From NCBI RefSeq assembly GCF_006345805.1, contig NC_043011.1:7626001-7690000 (forward strand): a DNA stretch of 64,000 bases, written 5' to 3'. Below the pieces are notes generated by a model. The model made no database searches and was not told where the DNA came from. It was given only the letters and a program-made list of their open reading frames with translations. This DNA comes from Octopus sinensis. Lineage: Eukaryota. Shown here piece after piece: positions 60,311 through 64,000 of this stretch. Both the position numbers and the translations under genes were made by a program. Positions within the stretch are counted from its first letter, which is position 1; the number at the start of each line of letters is the position of its first letter.

Positions 60311-61514
60311 TGCAGCATATGTCTTCTTCAAATTGTATCCTCAAATGAAGGTAATTTATCTGCAGCAGCAAACAATAAGACTTAATACCTCACTGTGCTA
60401 AAGCCGAGTCCAATCGACGTCCACTCGTCTTGTCAGAATTTAAGGGCAGTCAAAGTAATACGAACATACTGAAGTTAATTATAACCACCACATCTCTTAG
60501 TTTTTCTAGCTAAGTCACCTCTCCATCTCCCCTTCTCTCACCCTTTCTCTTCTGTTCACAGTAGTAAGTGCTATTTGCCACACAGTAAAACCATAATATC
60601 TCGTTGACTCGAGCCCAGAATACAACTTTTACTTCCCTGTACTTCCGAATCTGATTTCTTGGCAGGAAAAGCAGAATGGTAACAACGCTACTTCTCCGAA
60701 ATTTTCTACCTTGCTCGGAAATCCAGTTTCGTCCATTTTTGTGAGAACGCATTGAACATACGAAAAATAAAACGTGCAGAGCTTCGAATTAAATACATTT
60801 CATTGTATCAGACGTTCTTCGGTACCGAGTTCAAATCACGCTGAAGACAACGTTTCTCTTCCACCCTTTTTGACTTCTATGAAAATGTACCAGCCATACC
60901 CTGCAGTCGATTCTATGGACTGTAACCTCCTACTCCGCTTCTTCAAAATTGTTATACATACATGCATCTCACAATCTCTCATATACATGAAGAAAGAGAG
61001 AGTGATGGATATTGATAAGGTTGTAGTTGGGCTTAGAGGTCGAGTTAGAGTCATGTTCTGTTCATGTTGCGAAAATGACTGAAATGAGAGAGAAAGAAAG
61101 ATGAGTGATGGAGAGCAAAGAGAATAAGCGAGTGACGGAGAGCAAAGCGGGTGAGTGACGGAGAGCAGAGTGTGTTTGTGCGATTTAGATTGACTGAGAT
61201 CGAGTGTAAAAGAGAGCAAGAATGGGCGATAGAGAGCTAGAACGAATGAAACCTAAAGCAAGCCGACGCACTCCTAGTCTGGGTTAACGAGTAAAACATC
61301 GCTGGCTTATTTCCCCTCAGCAAAATTGCATTGTATTTCTGCTTAATAAATTTCAACTTTAATTGCTTCAGAGCGCCACAGAGAGGAGATTAGTGCATAG
61401 CTTGAAGCAGTGAAGGTGTTGCACAAAAGAGGCTTCTTTACATTGTGGTGGAGCTGGTTGGAAATCTTCTCGTTGGCTAACGTTAATATTTAAGGAGATT
61501 ATTTAAGGTTTATG

Positions 61515-62765
61515 AAGGCGGCGAGCTGGCAGAACCGTTAGCACGCCGGGCAAAATGCGTAGCCGTATTTCGTCTGCCGTTACGTTCTGAGTTCAAATTC
61601 CGCCGAGGTCAGCTTTGCTTTTTATCCTTTCGGGATCGATGTAATCGACTTAATCCGTTTGTCTGTCCTTGTTTGTCCCCCCCCCCTATGTTTAGCCCCT
61701 TGTGGGTCATAAAGAAACAGATTGTTTAAGGCTAGTAGCGGAGTCGTTAAAGATATCGAATAAAAATGTTTTGTGGTATTTATTTACACCTTTTTACGTT
61801 CCGAGTTCAAATTCGGTCCCGGTCAATTTTTCATTGTAAGCTTTCCGGGGACCCGTAATATTAGTTTCTGTTAAGTATTCGGTTCCATGAAATCGACTGT
61901 ACTTACCGAAAAAGTCATGTCGTGTGGCTATATATAAAAAGATCAATAACATTGACCAGAGCACGACTTTGCGTCCTCAGTTCGAATCAGACCGAGAGCA
62001 GCTGAGTCTTTTTATCTCTCGAGAGTAGAGGTGGATCACAGAATAAGTAGCAGTCAAGTACTGGGGCCAATATGAACATCAGTCTTTAAGATATCAATGT
62101 AGTAAACCAGAATATGACTTTTTGTTTATGAGTCAAATTTCAACTAGGATCGTCATTACTTTTTATTCTTCCAGGGACGGGCCGGGGTTGGGTGGAATAA
62201 AGAATAAGTGAATTACTGGTGAACCGAGCACCCTAACCACTAGACTATGAGTTACCTTCATCATGATATGCAGGTGTTTTAATAAATCTTCGGTGATTGA
62301 AATACGTTTATTTTTTAAAAAGAGCAGAATCCGAAACTCTCTCCTTTCTACAATAGGCACAAGGTCTGAAATTTTGCGGGATGGAGTAAGTCGATTATAT
62401 TAACCCCAGTATTCAACTGGTACTTATTTTTATCGACCCCGAATGGGATGAAAAGCAAGGTCGACCTTGGCGGAATTTGAACTCAAAACGTAAAGGCGAA
62501 CGAAATGACGTTTTGCATTTCATCCGGCGTGTCAAACTCGACGCCTTAGGCTACTAACAAAATATTGTTTTAAATTTTAGAATAAGGCCAGCATTTCGGG
62601 ATTAAGGGTAAATTGATTACATCGATCCCCAGTGTTCGACCCCAAAAGGGATAAAAGGCAAAGTCGACCCCGGGGGAATTTGAACTCAGAAAGTAGAGAC
62701 GGACGAAAGGCCGGTAAGCATTTTGTCCGGCGTGCCAACGATTCTTCCATCTCGTCACCTTAGTC
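61515..62765. mobile_element. SINE family B copies: (+) 61515-61720 and diverged 61735-62090; (-) 62345-62545, 62575-62765
   Basis: Family B head and ggggtcgat motifs. Confidence 0.75.
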
Positions 62766-63434
62766 CACCGGCAAAATATTAAATATCCATTAAATTCATT
62801 AACTCATTGCTTAACATTTAATTTTCCGTATTTCGCATTAAAGGAAAATAAATATTTTTGTTATTAATAAATAAATAATGTCGATAAATCAATACGAATG
62901 CCAATATCGATAAATCTAGACAAATGCTAATATCGATAATGTGCTGCTTATAACATTCAAAATGTTATAGGAAGGGCAAAGTTAAAAAGTTAGATACGGA
63001 AGATATTAAAATGAAATTAATGATTAATTTCCCAGCTCCAATCTAGCGCTGCAATTTCTCTTGATTAAATCGGGTTTATTTACTTATTATGGTGTGTGCG
63101 GTTACAGCTGGGGATGACTCACTGATGTGTCAGACTAATGACTGATGAGAGATTGACGGTTTGTATCATTCAATACTCGCTGGCTATAGCTACATGACTG
63201 CAAAAAGATACTGCGAATTGAAAGAGGCACCGAAATGGATCAGATTAATCTTTCCATGACTTTTAGGGATCCAACAGGTTGCAAAGTTTCGTGTAGCTTA
63301 AAAGGAGATTATCATCGTCTCTGGAAAGAACAATAATCTACTACAGTTAACCTTTAAATCTGATTATTCTAGCAAATGTAATACTTATTTATTCGCATTG
63401 TTTTGAATTAATTATGCATTATTTCTTAGCTTTA

Positions 63435-63835
63435 AGGCGGCGAGCTGGCAGAATCGTTAGCACGTCGGTCGAAATGCTTAGCTGTAATTCGTCTGCCGTT
63501 ACGTTCTGAGTTCAAATTCCACCGAGGTCGACTTTGCCTTTCATCCTTTCAAGGTCGATAAATTAAGTACCAGTTGAGCACTGGGGTCAATGTAACCGAC
63601 TTAATCCGTTTGTCTGTCCTTGTTTGTCCTCTCTGTGTTTTGCCCCTTGTGGGTAATAAAGAAATAGGTATTTCACCTGTCTTTATGTTCTGAGTTCAAA
63701 TTCCGCCGAGGTCGACTTTGCCTTTCATCCTTTCAAGGTTGATAAACTAAGTACCAGGTGTATACTGGAGTCGATCTAATCGACTGGCTCCCTCCTCTAA
63801 AATTTCGAGCCTTGTGCCTAGAGTAGAAAAGATTA
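63435..63835 (+). mobile_element. Dimeric SINE family B (full monomer, linker, 5'-truncated monomer)
   Basis: Two gagttcaaattcc(a/g)ccgaggtcgactttgcc units at ~63510 and ~63695; linker ttaatccgtttgtctgtccttgtttgtcc...gccccttgtggg also at 61650-61715. Confidence 0.85.
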
Positions 63836-64000
63836 TTTCTTACCTCTGAGATTTTTTTTTTCGTAATTATTTTTAGAATGACATTGTAGGATCGGTTTGA
63901 GAGGCCGGATCTGACTGGTTCGAACGTAAAATGTTAGAATGCTGACCGGACAGCTAAGTGAATAGAAAGTGGCGTCGTTCCAAAGATAAACGAAGCAAAC

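Overview
Eukaryotic, AT-rich, repeat-dominated and essentially non-coding DNA with one 100-N scaffold gap (31987-32086). The repeat content points to an octopod cephalopod genome (inference from memory of octopus repeats, no database search): very abundant TA/TG/TCTA microsatellites and several tRNA-derived SINE families, here labelled A, B, D, E, plus a headless family G. Almost all ORFs in the supplied track are microsatellite, minisatellite or SINE read-throughs. Recognisable protein-coding remnants are a frameshifted Tc1/mariner (maT-like) transposase (41418-42203) and two RTE-LINE fragments (~10100-10570, ~47405-47660). Three MITE types are present: two Tc1/mariner-type and one hAT/Buster-type with an 8-bp TSD. 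An ~8-kb SINE-free island (~15650-23930) holds TATA/CCAAT/octamer motifs, three GCACGTGC boxes and a strong splice donor (22405/22406). With a clean 55-nt exon at 54675-54729, this suggests the 5' end of an unidentified + strand gene with a ~32-kb first intron. The most interesting signal is a set of short (TA)n-flanked mobile-element remnants carrying minimal type-I hammerhead-ribozyme folds. Their stem III is palindromic (dimer-type), several share a non-canonical CCGAYGA core, and two families occur as inverted duplications, one with a perfect 67-bp hairpin. This resembles Penelope-like/retrozyme-type mini-elements. A 47-nt U6 snRNA 5' fragment sits inside a (TTA)n tract. SINE and microsatellite coordinates are approximate (about +/-10-20 bp).
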